A stretch of 64,000 bases of DNA from the human T2T-CHM13v2.0 reference genome, Homo sapiens. Shown here one piece after another: positions 1-13,602 of the stretch (position 1 is its first letter; every line of letters begins with the position of its first letter). The stretch lies in the NCBI RefSeq assembly GCF_009914755.1, contig NC_060927.1; one strand, 5' to 3'. The notes under the pieces were generated by a model. That model was not told the DNA's origin and did no database searches. It saw nothing but the letters and a program-made list of their open reading frames with translations. Both the position numbers and the translations under genes were made by a program.

Positions 1-1058
1 AGTAAAGTTTATGAGGACTTATACCCCCCTGTTGCTAATGTCCCCCCCACCACCTCTCATAAAACCTATTCCCCCCACCCCACATTCACAAAAAAGAGTA
101 CCATCCCAAAATATATATACTATCTATATGGAGTCTAACAAAACTATACTGCTTTAAAGTTATGTTAAAACACCATATATGTTATTAGTAGGAAAGATGC
201 ATATTAGTTCAAAAACCAACATAATTATCTGTGTTAATTGTTACTTGTATACTTGTATTGACTCATCCTTTAATCAATATCATAGTATTTTAATAGTCAG
301 AGCCAGAGAAGGTATTTGGCTCCCCGTAGCCTTACATAGGCCTTGGGAATCTTCCCCTTCTGTCCAGGTATTAACAATATTCTATAAAAAATTCTTAAAA
401 GGAATAAACAATTTATTTTTACGTTAATTGCAGTAGTAATGGGCTTGATTGCTATTACTGTGACTGCTGCTGCTGCTGGAGTTGCATTACATTGATCTAT
501 ACAAACTGTTCATTTTGTGGATAAATGGCAAAAAAAAATTCTACTCAGATGTGGAATTCTCAGTCAGGTATTGATCAAAAATTGGCCAATCAAATTAATG
601 ATCTAAGACAAACTGTTACATGGATGGGAGACAGAATTATGAGTGTAGAACATAGATTACAAATGCAGTGTGATTGGAATACTTCTGATTTTTGTATAAC
701 TCCGTTCCAATATAATGAGTGTGTTCACAATTAGGAATCAGTAAAACGCCATTTACAAGGAAGTGAAGATAATTTAAGTTTAGACATAAGCACGCTAAAA
801 GAACAGATTTTTGAGGCCTCTCAAGCACACTTCACTGCTTTACCCGGTGCTGAAGTTTTAGATGGTATCTCTGAGTGGTTATCTAATCTCAACCCCATCA
901 ATGGGTAAAATCTTTGGGAGGATCCACTATCATTAATTTTGTTCTGGGTATAATTTGTGCTATTGGTTTATTGTTCATGTGTACAATTGGAAAAAATATT
1001 CTTCAATCCAATCATGATCAGCACCAAGCTATGATTGCTATGGAGTTTCATTTAAATC
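1..1058 (+). pseudogene. env: 3' part of HERV-K (class II/HML)-like env, degraded: end of SU and TM
   Basis: Translations match HML-type Env: IVRAREGIWLPVALHRPWESSPS; fusion peptide [27 protein letters not shown]; [33 protein letters not shown]...[13 protein letters not shown]. Contains stops and frameshifts. Confidence 0.93.
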
Positions 1059-1074
1059 AGAGAAAAGGGGGAGA
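1059..1074 (+). other. Retroviral polypurine tract
   Basis: AGAGAAAAGGGGGAGA immediately before the TG start of the LTR. Confidence 0.88.
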
Positions 1075-1918
1075 TGTAGAGAGACCCCCTGAAACTATTG
1101 CTATGGAATGAAAGATGAAATGCTCCTGATTATTATAAATACAAAATTGCATGCAGGATGGTGTAAAGACAACGCCAGGTTGGGCTGCCAGAATGAGCCG
1201 ACAGCACATGATGTGCTTCCCCCTGCAGAGAGTCTAAGAATGGACGTGCAGTCAGGGAGGTTTCACATCACCAAGATTCCTATCCCAGAAAAGCAGATGT
1301 TCATAGCACTGGCAACCCTTGTGGAGAGCCTATAAATGGATGCATGAGGGGTGCCTGTTTATATGCCCTTATCTTGCCATGGCTCTTTTAAGCCTCTTTA
1401 GGGTTAAGGCATACTCCCTTCTGAGAATTTCTGGTCTAACTGGTTGTCTAGCTTCATGTCCTGTTTCTTTGATTGCTTGTAACCAGATTTTGCTGCCACT
1501 GTTACTGCTGATTAGTATCTTGCTAATCATAGGTTATGGAAAGACTGTATTTCTGTTTTAAGGCTCTGTTAGAAATTACTGATGCACACACTATATTGTA
1601 AATTCTTATCTCTGTATACTGTACTTCTGCATACAGATATTATGTTTAAGAATTACTCTATCCCCATGTGACCATCTCACCTCATAATCAAATGACCCTA
1701 AATCCCTCACTAACCTACCCCCGCCCTCACTAAACTTAATAATAAATGCTGGCATATCCAGTGCATTGGTGGCATCGCAGGACCAGAAGGCGGTGACCCC
1801 CCTGGACCCAGCTTTCACTATCTTGTATGTGTCTATTATTTCTAGACCTGCTGATCTGCCTGGGAACAAAGAAAGAGTCCCATTGCATTGCGGGTTGCTG
1901 GCCAGATCCCGCAATACA
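1075..1918 (+). mobile_element. 3' LTR of HERV-K-like provirus (MER11D/HERVK11D, HML-7-like)
   Basis: TGT...ACA termini, follows PPT, TATAAA at 1331, AATAAA at 1741; family name from recalled consensus. Confidence 0.8.
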
Positions 1919-4879
1919 GTACTGCTTTAGAAACAAAGTAACAGAACAAAAATAAAAGGGAATAGAGTTCTCCACTTCTGTATAGTGGGTGGTGGGCAGG
2001 GGAACACTGAGATCTGTAGAGAAGAGAGGCTCCTTCATTGCATGTATAGCGGGGTGTCAGTGCCCCAGAGAAAGCAATGGTTTCCAGATGGAAGCTGATG
2101 GACAGATGCTGGAAGCATTGGCAGAGCATCTTCATGGAGGAAGCAAAGAACTTTTGTGGACACAAAAAAGGTAAGTCCCAGCAGGAAAATGCTAAGAAGC
2201 TGGACTCACCTCAAAGCTAGTCAAGACCTGCTTCTAAGCATATGTGATATTCGTTTGCAACCTTACTCCTGGAAAGCCCCTGAATCCAGGGAAGACTTGG
2301 CAGAAAACTAGAGGTTTTACAAAACCATGTTGGAATGTAATATTTAATGTTTGTGCGACTCAAGCTACTTTGTCAGGAGACAGGATCACAGCATGAGTAG
2401 GAACAAATCATAATTTTTAGCAATTTTTAACTATATATATATATCAGAATTACCTAGGAGCCAATGCTTGGGGCCAAGTCCTCAGATATTAATAGATTTT
2501 AGTATAATTAATTAAAAGTGACCCCTACAAACAAAGGAAGCAACATAAAAACTTAAGGATATTCTTGCTTCTAACCAAATGCTCAGGAGTGAGTTCCAAA
2601 CAAGTGGTTCTGAAAAATTTTCCTTCATCAAGTAAGGGATAGCTAGTAATGGGAGCGACAGGAAACAGGTGGCATTTAAATGTTTAATCTGTTCCACCAT
2701 TCCTGCCTGCTTATTCAGCTTCATTTTACTTTCATCTTCACTGTTGTAATCCAGCACAATACTCCTTGCTTCGGTCATACTATTCTTCTGAGTCCTTGTT
2801 CAAAGTCATTTAGCCTTCGTCACCTGCAGGGACTGTGGCTGCCAGGTGCCACTGGAGCCCTGCTTCTCAGTCTTGCTGCTCACTGGAGGAACGGCCAAGC
2901 AGCTGGATGCATCTTTTCAAAGCAGCTGGCACCACGGGAAATAGCACATACCACCACTGCTTTCAGCTTCCCTTTGCACGCCAAGTCTGCATAATACTGG
3001 GCTTAAAACAAGTACCCCAGGAGGATTATTATTAATTAGGAAAATCAAACAATAAGCCACTTGAAATCAAGTTCCTATCATGTAAATGTTACTTTACAAT
3101 TGAAGCATAATATAAGGAATTGGTTGGGGTGATGGTTTTGACCTGTAGCTAATTTTGATTTTCAAAAATTTTTTTTTAGCATTTGCTGCATTTATCACTC
3201 TTGGCATTAAAGAAAATGCTTTTAATTTTTGTTGTTTTGTAATTACTTAATACATATGTGTAGCTGTATCTTAAACATCAGTTTTCTCCAGAGACTGGAT
3301 CCCTGAAAATATTTTGGAACAAGATTAAATGTTTCTATCAAACCATATTGTATTAAAAATAATGTTTTTATGCAGAAAGTGGAAGGAGAATGATGCTTAT
3401 TGTTGATGTATTTTGTCTGAATCAATGCTTTATTAAGTGCTCTCCATTTATCATAGACACTACATTAACTGTTAGATCCATGTGCTGATTTGAAACACAT
3501 GACCTTCTGCTACTAGGTTGAATGTTTTTCTCCCTAAGAACATGTCCACCCGGAACCTCAGAATGTGGTCTTATTTGGAAAAATTATCTTGGAAGATATA
3601 ATTAATTAAGATGAGGGCCACTGGATTAGGGTACCCCTAAATTCAATGATTGGGTCCTTATTAAAAAAAAAGGAATTGAAAGACACATGGAGAAGAAAGA
3701 CATGTGAAAATGGAAGCAGAGATAGGAGTGCTGTATCTCTAAGTCAAGGACTACCAAGGACTGTCGGCAACCCTCGGAGAGTAGGGAGAGTCATGAGAGA
3801 GTTTTTCCTTCAGCTTCTTCAGAAGAAACCAAGCCCACCAACACCTTGGGTTCAGAATTCTAGCCTCCATAACTGTGAAATAATACATTTCTGTTGTTTT
3901 AAAACACCCAGTTTGTGATACATTTTTATGGCAACTCTAAAAATCCAATACAGATTTTGGTAATGGGGAGTGGGGTACTGCTGTGACAAATACCTAAAAT
4001 TGTGAAAGTGGCTTTAGAACTGGGTAATGGGTAGAGGCACTTGATAGAAAAAGTCTAGATTGCTTTGAAGAGAAGATTGGTAGAAATACAGATGTTAAAA
4101 ATGATTCTGGTGAAGGGTCACATGCAAATGAAGAGGAAGGTAGAGAAAACTATCATCTTAGAGAATATGCATAGCATTATAAACAGTACGTTGGTAGAAA
4201 TATAAATGTTAAAGGTGCTTCTAGTGAAGTCTTGGAAGAAAATGAGAAGCATGTTATTGGACACTAGAGGAAAGTGATTCTTAATTCATATTACAAGGTG
4301 GCAGAAAACTTAGATGAATTGTGTTCTAGCTGGGTGGAAAGTGGCAGTTGTAAGCAAGAAACTTAAATATTTAGCTGAAAAGATTTCTGAGCAACATAAG
4401 GAAGGTGTGACCTGATTTCTTCTTGCTGTTTATAGTCAAATGCAGGAGGAAAGATGAGGAAGCAACTCTTCAACACAAAGGAACCAGAACTTGAATTTTT
4501 GGAAAATTCTCAGCTGATCCATATTATAAAATATTATAAAGCATGTTGGGCTGGACTATCTTTTGGTGAAGAGCTTAGGTGTGACACTCATGGAGCCAAT
4601 TAATTATCTCAGCAAAGACTAGGAATAGGCATGGGATTATCCAGGAAAAACTGTGGAAAATTCTTCTACCTAATAGTGTGGATCTCCTTCACATACACAG
4701 AAGGCTGGTATGCTTTTAAAAAATGTTATACCAGCTGAAATACTGCCAGCCAGACTGAAAAAGACAAAGGTGGGATGAAATGAAGGAAGAATAACTTCGA
4801 AGGTAACACAGAAGATGTGGCTAGTGGAGCCTCCATCACAAAAGGCAGAGCATAGAGCCACAGAGGATAATTCTCAGGC

Positions 4880-5580
4880 TGTTATTTTTATATTTATTTA
4901 TTTATTTATTTATCTTTTAAAATGAGTTTTATTTTTAGTTGGTGTGTAATCATTGTACATATTTATGGGATACAAATGGACATTTTGATATATATATATA
5001 AAATGTGTAATGATCAAATCAGAGTAATTAGCATATCCATCACCTCAAACATTTATCATTGTTTTATATTGTGAACATTACATATAATCCTCTCTTCTAT
5101 CTTTAAAAAAAATACACAATAACTCATAGTTAAGAATATTCACCCTACAGTACTGCAGAACATCAGTACTAATTCCTTTTATCTAGCTATAATTTTGTAT
5201 CCATTAACCAACCTCTCCCTATCCTCTCACCCTCCTACATTTCCCAGCTTCTAACGCCCAAAATTCTCTCTCTACTTCAACGAGCTCAAAAAAATATATT
5301 TTTTATCTCCCACGTATGAGTGAGAACTTGCCGTGCCTGACTTATTTTGCTTAACATAATGTCCTCCAGGCTCATCTATGTTGTTGCAAATGACAGAATT
5401 TCATTTTTTATGGCCGAATAATATTCCATTGTGTGTATATACATTACATTTTCTTTATCCATTCATTTGTTGAGGGACATTATGTTCATTCTACATATTA
5501 GCTATTTTTTTGATCTTTTTAAAATTTTACTTTAAGCTCTGGGATGCATGTGCTGAACATGCAGGTTTATTACATAGGTC
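4880..5580 (-). mobile_element. L1MA-type 3' end plus a short L1PA 3'-end piece nested in the MaLR internal region
   Basis: T-rich tail and antisense L1 3'UTR motifs (gaataatattccattgtgtgtat); a second L1PA tail begins ~5506. Confidence 0.75.
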
Positions 5581-5801
5581 TACCTAATGAGATTTGCCCT
5601 GATGAGTTGTGAACTCACTTTAGATCAGTGACCCTTTTATTCCTCTCTATTGTTCCTTTCAGAATGGTAACATCAATTGTATGGCTGTTCCACCATTGTA
5701 TTTTCAAAATAGACAACTTGTTTTCTGGTTTTACACATCCATAGGAATTTTGCCTCAGGATAGATTATAGCTAGAGTCTCAACATCTCTTGATTAAGGTA
5801 A

Positions 5802-6098
5802 TTTTTTTTTTTTTTTTGAAACAGGGTCTCACTCTGAAACCCAGGCTGGAGTGCAGTGGCATGATCTCAGCTCACTGCAGTCTCGGCCTCCTGGGTTCAA
5901 GTGATTCTGGTTCCTCAGCCAGCTAAGTAGCTTGGATTACAGGAGCACAGGACCACGCCTGGCTAATTTCTGTATTTGTAGTAGAGGGAGGGTTTCTCCA
6001 TATTTGCCAGGCTGATCTTGAACTCCTGACCTCAAGCGATCTGCCTGCCTTTGCATCCCAAAGTGCTGAGATACAGGCGTGATCCACCATTCCTGGCC
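5802..6098 (-). mobile_element. Alu (S/J type) with TSD
   Basis: Dimeric antisense Alu; TSD GATTAAGGT at 5791-5799 and 6099-6107. Confidence 0.95.
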
Positions 6099-6794
6099 GA
6101 TTAAGGTGATTTAAGTGATGAGATTCAGAACTTTTTGAGTTAATAATTTTGGATTAGAATTAATGCTGGAATGAGTTTTAGGGATGTTGTGATGGAGTGA
6201 CTCTTGCAAATGAGAAGATGTGAATTTGGGGGAAAAAAGAGGATGAACTATGTTTGATTGAATAATGTCTCCCCAAAATTCTCGTCCACGTGTAACCTAA
6301 GAATGTGACCATATTTGGAAATAGGACCTTTGCAGATGTAATTGATTAAGATTAGATCATACAAGATTGAGGAGATCCCTAAATCCAATGAATATTTCTC
6401 TTACAAGAAGGTCATGGGAAGATATGCAAGGAAGAAGTCCATGTGAAGACGGAGGCAGAGATGAGAGTGATTTACAAGTATCTACAAGCCCAGGAACACC
6501 AAGGATTGCCAGCAACCACCAGCAGCTAGGAGAGAATGCATGTGAGTTACTCCCTCAGAGGCTCCAGAAGGAACAAATCTACTGACGCTTGGATTTCAGA
6601 CTTCTAGCCTCTATAACTGTGACAAATAAATTTCTGTTGTTATTATCTGCCCAGTTTGTGGTACTTTGTTATGGCAGTCCTAGGAAACTAATACATCCCG
6701 TTAAAGAAAATATGCAATATAAGGACATTTTATATTCAGTTTAACTGTACTGTAACACCAACATTTTTGCCTTTGCTGACTAACATTACTGAAA

Positions 6795-6990
6795 GCAACT
6801 AACACTTGTTGAACATTTACAAATTTCTAAGCAATATACATTAATAATCCTTACAATTACTGAAGAATTGGCGTTATTATTTCTAGCTTGCAGATTAAGA
6901 TATTTTTGTGAAAAAGGGGCAGGAGTCTGACGGTACTAAGTAGGAGAGCCAGTATGTTAATTAATTTCTATTTAATTCCAGTGTTCATCA
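6795..6990 (-). mobile_element. MIR fragment
   Basis: Degenerate antisense MIR core (aatccttacaa...ttattatttc...ttgcagat). Confidence 0.45.
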
Positions 6991-7745
6991 TCTATCTATT
7001 AATTTACAGTGAGAGTAAAATGAATTATTCTAACATATAACAAAATTTTAAATCACACTGAACAATAGAAAGAGCATTTACCCTTTATCAGTGTGCAATC
7101 TATGTGTATTTAATTTTCTTCTCCAAGCCTGCTAGGTGTTGCCCATTGTGTCATCAATCAGGATGAGTTTACAAATTCATTTAGAAGTACAGGCACATTC
7201 AAGTGTGCCATATAGTCAATTTCTTTTTCAATGAACGTTCTCTTTGACACCTCAAAGCTTTTATGTTTAAGCAAGCCTAATGACAACACCATTACTTCAG
7301 GTATTGACCAAAACTTGTACACGGAAGAGCAATAGAGAGGTTCTCCTAAACATGCCATTACAAAGTGGAAGCAGCTGAACAAATTCATCACTCTTTCAAG
7401 TAGAGTTTTCCCTTTACCTGTGAACCTTAATTATAGACTGACTTACAGCAAAGTAATACTTACTTTTTTAATAGGAACATCTGTTATAATAATGGGGCCA
7501 GCAATAGTGGCATGACAGTTCATTAAATGTATAAAAGAGTGTTTGGTTTGAGAATAGAGAGTGTGTGGCTCATCTGAAACTTAAGCGGCATCCAACACTG
7601 GGATTTAGACCTACTGGATATTTCAGGGGGATTTGTGTATCAGAAGACTTGATATGACTTTTGAGTGAGAATTTATTTTAAGGAATGAGAAGGACATAGG
7701 AACAGGCCTCCTTTATTAACAATACTTTAGTTTTAAGAGGAGAGG

Positions 7746-8069
7746 TGTGTTAGTCTGCTAGGGTCATCATGATAAAGTACCAAAAACCGGGTGGTTAACA
7801 CAACAGAAATGTATTTTCTCACAATTCTGAAGGCTGGAAATCTGGGATGAGTATTTTCATAGGCTCTTCCTTCTTTATATGACTATGACAAAATTTCCTC
7901 TTCTGATGAGGACACAAATCGTATGGCATTAGAGCCCACCTTAGTGACCTTATTTTAACTTAATCATCTCTTTAAATACCCTATCTCCAAATATAGTCAC
8001 ATCTGAGGTAACCAGGGGCTAGAACATAAATATAAGAATTTTGGGGGAACACAATTCAGCCCATAGCAG
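7746..8069 (-). mobile_element. MLT1-type MaLR solo LTR
   Basis: tgtgttagtctgctagg...cagaaatgtattttctcacaattctgaaggctgg...gggaacacaattcagcccatagca. Confidence 0.85.
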
Positions 8070-9774
8070 AAAGGATGAGTCTAAATGCAATATTGTATGT
8101 ACAGAAACATTAGTCACTATCCCAAATGCCCATACATTTATGTCTATTTCCTCTGGAGGGGTTGAGGGAGGTAGACTATGAAGTATCATAATAACTGTCT
8201 GATAAATCCTAATAGCAAAAGTGGGAGTCATTCTTCACATCTGCATTGAGCAAAGTGCCCATGAAGAATCTACTAGGTTGAGTGCTAAAAATACTGAAGG
8301 AGTAAAAAAATTTCTGTTGACACCAGCAAGAACTTGTTCCCAAATGTTTCTTCCTGTACATATTCCTAAATTCGATTGATAAAAAACTGCTAACCATAAA
8401 CTCAGTCCTGCTGTTCTCGCATCTTCTCCCATGATTAACACATTCTCAATATCCTCACACCTTTTAGGACTTTGAATAGTTAAAACTCACTGAAAAAACT
8501 GTACTTTTCCTGACCATCCTCAATTTTTCTTATAAAGCCTTTAAACTTCTTGCTCTCCATAAAACAGTCATGACCCATTCCCATGTTTCCATGTTATAAA
8601 AAAGTTTCGAGCTAATGACTTTTTTTTTTTTTTCTACAAAACCACATTGGCTCTCTGAGATATCCTTTGGATCAGAGATAGAAGTTCCTGGCAGAGGAGG
8701 ACACAGTGAAAAACCCACAGAAGATGTGACAGTGCCAGTGTCAGCGGTAGAAATTGGGAAAGGTGATTTCAATGTCTGGTGGTAACAGCCATGGGGAACA
8801 GGGTGTAAATTAAAATGCCTTCCTGCAGTTTTAAAACAGAGTGATCTTAGCCGTGGACATTTCTATGGAAAGTTGAATCTGGAGATGAAAAGGAGGGCAG
8901 GATCCGTGTGTTCCTAAGTATATATAAAGCAGCCTTTGGGAATATATACATGATTTAGGAAGCTTTAGCAGGGACTGAGGTCTCAGTGACAGCAAAGTGA
9001 GGAGACAATTGAGATAAATGAGTTGTTATTATTGATTGGGCCCAGGGCAACAGCTTTGAATTATTCCAGTGAATGATGCATTCTGGAGTTGTGTTCCAGT
9101 GGGAGTCATTCACACCCTATTTTGCAGAAATTGTCCTGCCTGAAACAGTGAAAATGTTCATGTCTATGAATAATGATGCAATTTTAGGTCCTAATGTGGG
9201 TTAGCCTAAAAATTACTTAGATGTGCATATTAATTTGCAGTTTACAAAGTATTTTCAAATATATAATTATATTTTTATATTTTTTCCTTATAAATGATAT
9301 TAGGTAAATATTATATTGTTCATATCTAATGAATAAGGAAATTGAAGGGTCATTTCGCTGTTTCTCTTATAACACATTGTAATTGCACAATTCTTAGCAC
9401 ATAGTAAGTGCTCAACAAATATTTCATAACCATGGAATCATTCATGCATAATATAGACTTGCAAAAATATGTGTTCCATACAGATTTAATTGTGTTAAAA
9501 TAGATGCTTCATCTATTTTATGACAACTGTACTCATGGTCAGCCTCATCAGTAAGAACAATAAAGATTTGCCTGTGTTTTGCAATTTCATAAAGACAGGA
9601 AAGACTTCCACGTTCCCAAGATACTTATGGGAGCCAGATAGTCAATTAAAGATGTGACATAATTTAGTAACACACTCAACTGTAAATAAATAATATTGAT
9701 TTTTTTTCCTTCTAGAAGAATGATAAGAGGAAAAAAATTATAAAAGGACCTCCTCATCTCAAGATGAAAATCCA

Positions 9775-9880
9775 TCTATTTATTTAACACATGTGTATTG
9801 AGCACTTAATACTATTCTTGGTGCTGATGAATCAGCAGTTGGAGGAAAAATATCTCTCCACTTAGAGAGCTTAGATTCTG
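9775..9880 (-). mobile_element. L2 3'-end fragment
   Basis: tttatttaacacatgtgtattgagcactta... matches the antisense L2 tail; a similar sense-strand L2 tail lies at ~9370-9425. Confidence 0.55.
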
Positions 9881-10479
9881 TATTTAATTACCTCTCTTTA
9901 GGGTTTGCATTACAGTGATTTAACTTTGGAAATTATTATCTAGTTACTTCTATGATTTTATAGTGGAAGATAGTATATGAGTCATGACTTGTCCCCTTGC
10001 AAATGATAGAATCTGAACTAAAATGGGCTTTAAAAAAAGAATGTATTGGGCAAACATGGCTGAATATAGAAATTCATATTTAATCAAGTCTTATTTATAT
10101 TAATATATAAATTTATATTAATTAAAATAACATTAATTCATATTAAATCATTGTCTTTCCCATTATCTATTATATTTTCCTTAGCATTGCTCTTATTTGC
10201 TGACCTGCTGTCCACATTGGGAATTTCAAACTTCTCCGGGGTTATATTTTACTAGTTTAGTTACTCCAGGGGAAACAACATCTCTTTTCTATAGCTCTAA
10301 AACAATGTTTCAGGTATGACTGTTACTGGTCATAATTGGCTTATTCGTTCATTCATGAACAAATCACTGCCATACAGGCTAAAGCTTCATCTGTTAAGCC
10401 AGTAACAGGGACTTATCGTCATCTAAACATTAACTCCTGAAAAATTAAACCTATTTTCCCCAAAGAAAAATCATGTTTT

Positions 10480-10770
10480 GGCTTGGCATGGTGGCTTACA
10501 CCTGTAATCCCAGCACTTTGGGAGGCCGAGATGGGCAGATCATGAAGTCAAGAGTTCGAGAACAGCCTGGCCAACATGGTGAAACCTGTCTCTACTAAAA
10601 ATAAATAAATTAACCAGGTGTGGTGGTGGGCACTTGTAATCCCAGCTACTCAGGAGGCTGAGGAAGGAGAGTTGTTTGAACCCAGAGGAACCAGAGGTTG
10701 TAGTGAGCTGAGATCGTGCCACTACACTCTAGCCTGGGTGACAAAGCAAGACTCCATCTTGAAAAAAAAA
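10480..10770 (+). mobile_element. AluS
   Basis: Full dimer with A tail; flanks aaaaatcatgtttt / aaaaacatatgtttt. Confidence 0.95.
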
Positions 10771-12284
10771 CATATGTTTTATTACCAAAATAACATTGGA
10801 TTGGATGTTGCACAGCCAAAAGGAATAAAACCACATTTAAGCATTCAATGCATACTGAAATTCAGTGACTTTTCACAGAGAAGTTAAGTGACTTTAGAAA
10901 TAAAGCCAAATTTGGTCCTGAGATTCCTGAGTCTTAGGCCAGAATTTTTCAATTATACTTCACGGTCAGTTTTTATTATGGAGAGTAAGTAAGATCATGA
11001 GCTTAATTGTTCTTTGAAAAAGTAATAATGTGCTGAATAAATGGTTATTACATATAATCTCTAGGCAATATTCTTGAAAGCTCCAGATGTCCTGATTTAA
11101 TTTGTGCATTTACAATTTACTTAATCTGGAGAGAGATATTATTTAAGTTATTTGGAAAATATGCATTAAGTGGATATTTTATTTAATGGGTCTTGCTAAT
11201 GACCACTTGGAAATGATAATAATCTTTTGGTTTAAGACAATGAGATATTTTCTCTAAAGGCTGAGAAGTGTTTGGTCAATGTGTCTATCCCAATAGGGAC
11301 CTCTTATGTCTTTATAGTGTTCACTTGGTCCAGTCATTCAGCTCTTTCTAGACTCTGAGCATTATCAAACTTCAGGATCAACTCCCTGGCTTGAGAGTGG
11401 ATGCCAGTAACTCTTTCCCAAAGCTTCTGACCTCCTTTTTTTCCTAGGGGAAATCATTCCTTTTTTATTGCTTTCTCTGGAGGAACCACATCTCCTATCT
11501 CTTTAAAAAATATATCTTCTTTTCTGGCAAGAGACATTTATGGCCTATTAAATCCAAATTTGGAAACATTGATGACCTTAAAGCTAGCTCTTTTCTTTAT
11601 AAAAGGGAAGACTTAATATTTAAAATTTCTGCAGAATGAGGAGACATTTTTTGTTTTATCTTTTTCAAGACAGAAAAGCAAAGAAAACAATATAGCTACA
11701 TTTTCAAATTAAAACTGCTTAAAGTATCCAGGCACAATTGCATGTTATAGTTTTTGAAAAATATAAGCAATTTTTATTGTAAATTAAGAGGTTTTTAAGA
11801 AATATACCAGAAGTTTAACATTTTAACATAAACATATCCCTTATAAAATATTTATATAATCAAATAATTAATCTAAAGGAAATACCACTTGAACAATTAT
11901 TCTTGTTATATATAACTAAACCTTGACAAGCCAAAACTTTAATGAAGTCAGCAATTGAGTTCTGAATATTTAAAACTGGAAGTGACATTGAAAATTGTCA
12001 GGTCTCATAATAAATTTTAAAGGTCAAGAAATTAAAATAATGAAGTATGTACTTAAAGATATCAACTTTTCTGTTATGTTACAGTATATATACTGTTCAA
12101 GTTTGTTTAAAGTATTTAACTATTATATGCTGTTGTTTTGTTAACTTGTTTCATTTTTCCTAAAAATTAATTAAGATCGTATAATTGTTTAAAAAGTATA
12201 TATTGTATAATGTAAAAACTTCAGTTTTCTAGAAATTGTTTCCTTCATTTTTTTGAAGAAATCTTCCAATAGCCACAGCATTTA

Positions 12285-12555
12285 TTTTTAAAAATTTTCT
12301 AACTTTTATTTTAGGTTCAGGGATACACATGCAAGTTTGTTGCATGGGTAAATTGAATGTCACAGGGGTTTGATGTATAGATTATTTTGCCACCCAGGTA
12401 ATAAGCATAGTACTCAATAGGTAACTTTTTGATCCTTACTCTCCTACCTCCCTCCACCCTCAAGTAGACTCTGGTGTCTGTTCCCTTCTTTATGTCCAAT
12501 GTTTAGATCCTACTTATACATGAATATATGCAGTATTTGTTTTTCTGTTCCTGCC
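12285..12555 (-). mobile_element. L1PA15-like 3' end
   Basis: Antisense L1PA13-16-type 3'UTR (gagtactatgcttattacctgggtg on the minus strand). Confidence 0.8.
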
Positions 12556-13602
12556 CACACTGTATAGTAAGTGAAAGTGGAAGGAGCTAAAACTCAAACC
12601 CCAAGATGGATAGAAAGAATGTTCACAGCAGTGGATATTCATCAGGGAAGGAATCCAGGTGAAAGTAAATAAAAGCTGTTTCTAACAAATGATGTCATTC
12701 CTGCACCTCAAAAGAGCCAACAAAAATTACTCTTTGAAGGTAAAATAAACTATTTAATATCAAAGCATGAAGAAACTAAATGTCTTCACCACAATAATAG
12801 CATCAAGATGGAACCAGCTAGAAGAGAAGACAGGATTAAATGAAAAATTATATGTGTAACCTTAATCAAAGGAAATAGCTTGCTCTGTGAGAATGAAAGA
12901 GAAGAAAATGTTTGTATTTGGTGGTGAGGGTAGGGAGGAAAGAACTATACTGTTGCCTATTGTCATTGACAAAGAAAGAGTAAAGGCTCAAAAAACTCAA
13001 ATGTGAAATCCTGGATCAGAGGCAAGTCTTGTTAGCCTGAACCACATTCCTGCACCACCTGCTGAAATATGAACTTCCTGTAAAAAAAGAGTTCCAGAAA
13101 AATAGGTGGAGGAAGGGCCTAAGATTTAAAAAAATTAGGCTGTAACTATACTTATTATACTATATCATTACTATTGGACAAGTAAAACATCTTATGCCTG
13201 AATATTTATTTTTGGATTTTAATAATTAGATACAAATTTTTATCACTAGATAATGGTGAATGTAACTTCTGAAGGCCTTCCTTACTGAAGATAAGAAAAT
13301 CTGGACCAAAAAAATCAAACAAATAAAGATCTACTTGAAGATATTGAAGAATTGACACTAAAGTAAATAACTACTGGGCCATTCTTCTAAGGAGGGTGAG
13401 TTTCCAGGGATGTGTACCCTTATATTGGGGGCACCTTTTCTCCAAAAAACAATTGTGAATTGTAGAGGTGTTTAAGGGCACATTTGATCACGCTTGTGCC
13501 TATAAGGGCAAGGAGTCCAGAAGCTGACAAGTGGGATCCTTACTTGTCTAATTCTTACTCTTACTTTCTGCATAAGCCTCCAAAGACACCCACTAAAGAT
13601 TA

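Larger units (their letters stand above)
3508..6695 (+). mobile_element. MaLR (ERVL-MaLR, MLT1C-like) provirus: 5' LTR 3508-3952, internal region, 3' LTR ~6249-6695
   Basis: Two homologous LTRs ending in AATACA; internal region starts with the typical GATTTTGGTA...GAGTGGGG and ends with a purine-rich tract before the 3' LTR. Confidence 0.85.
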
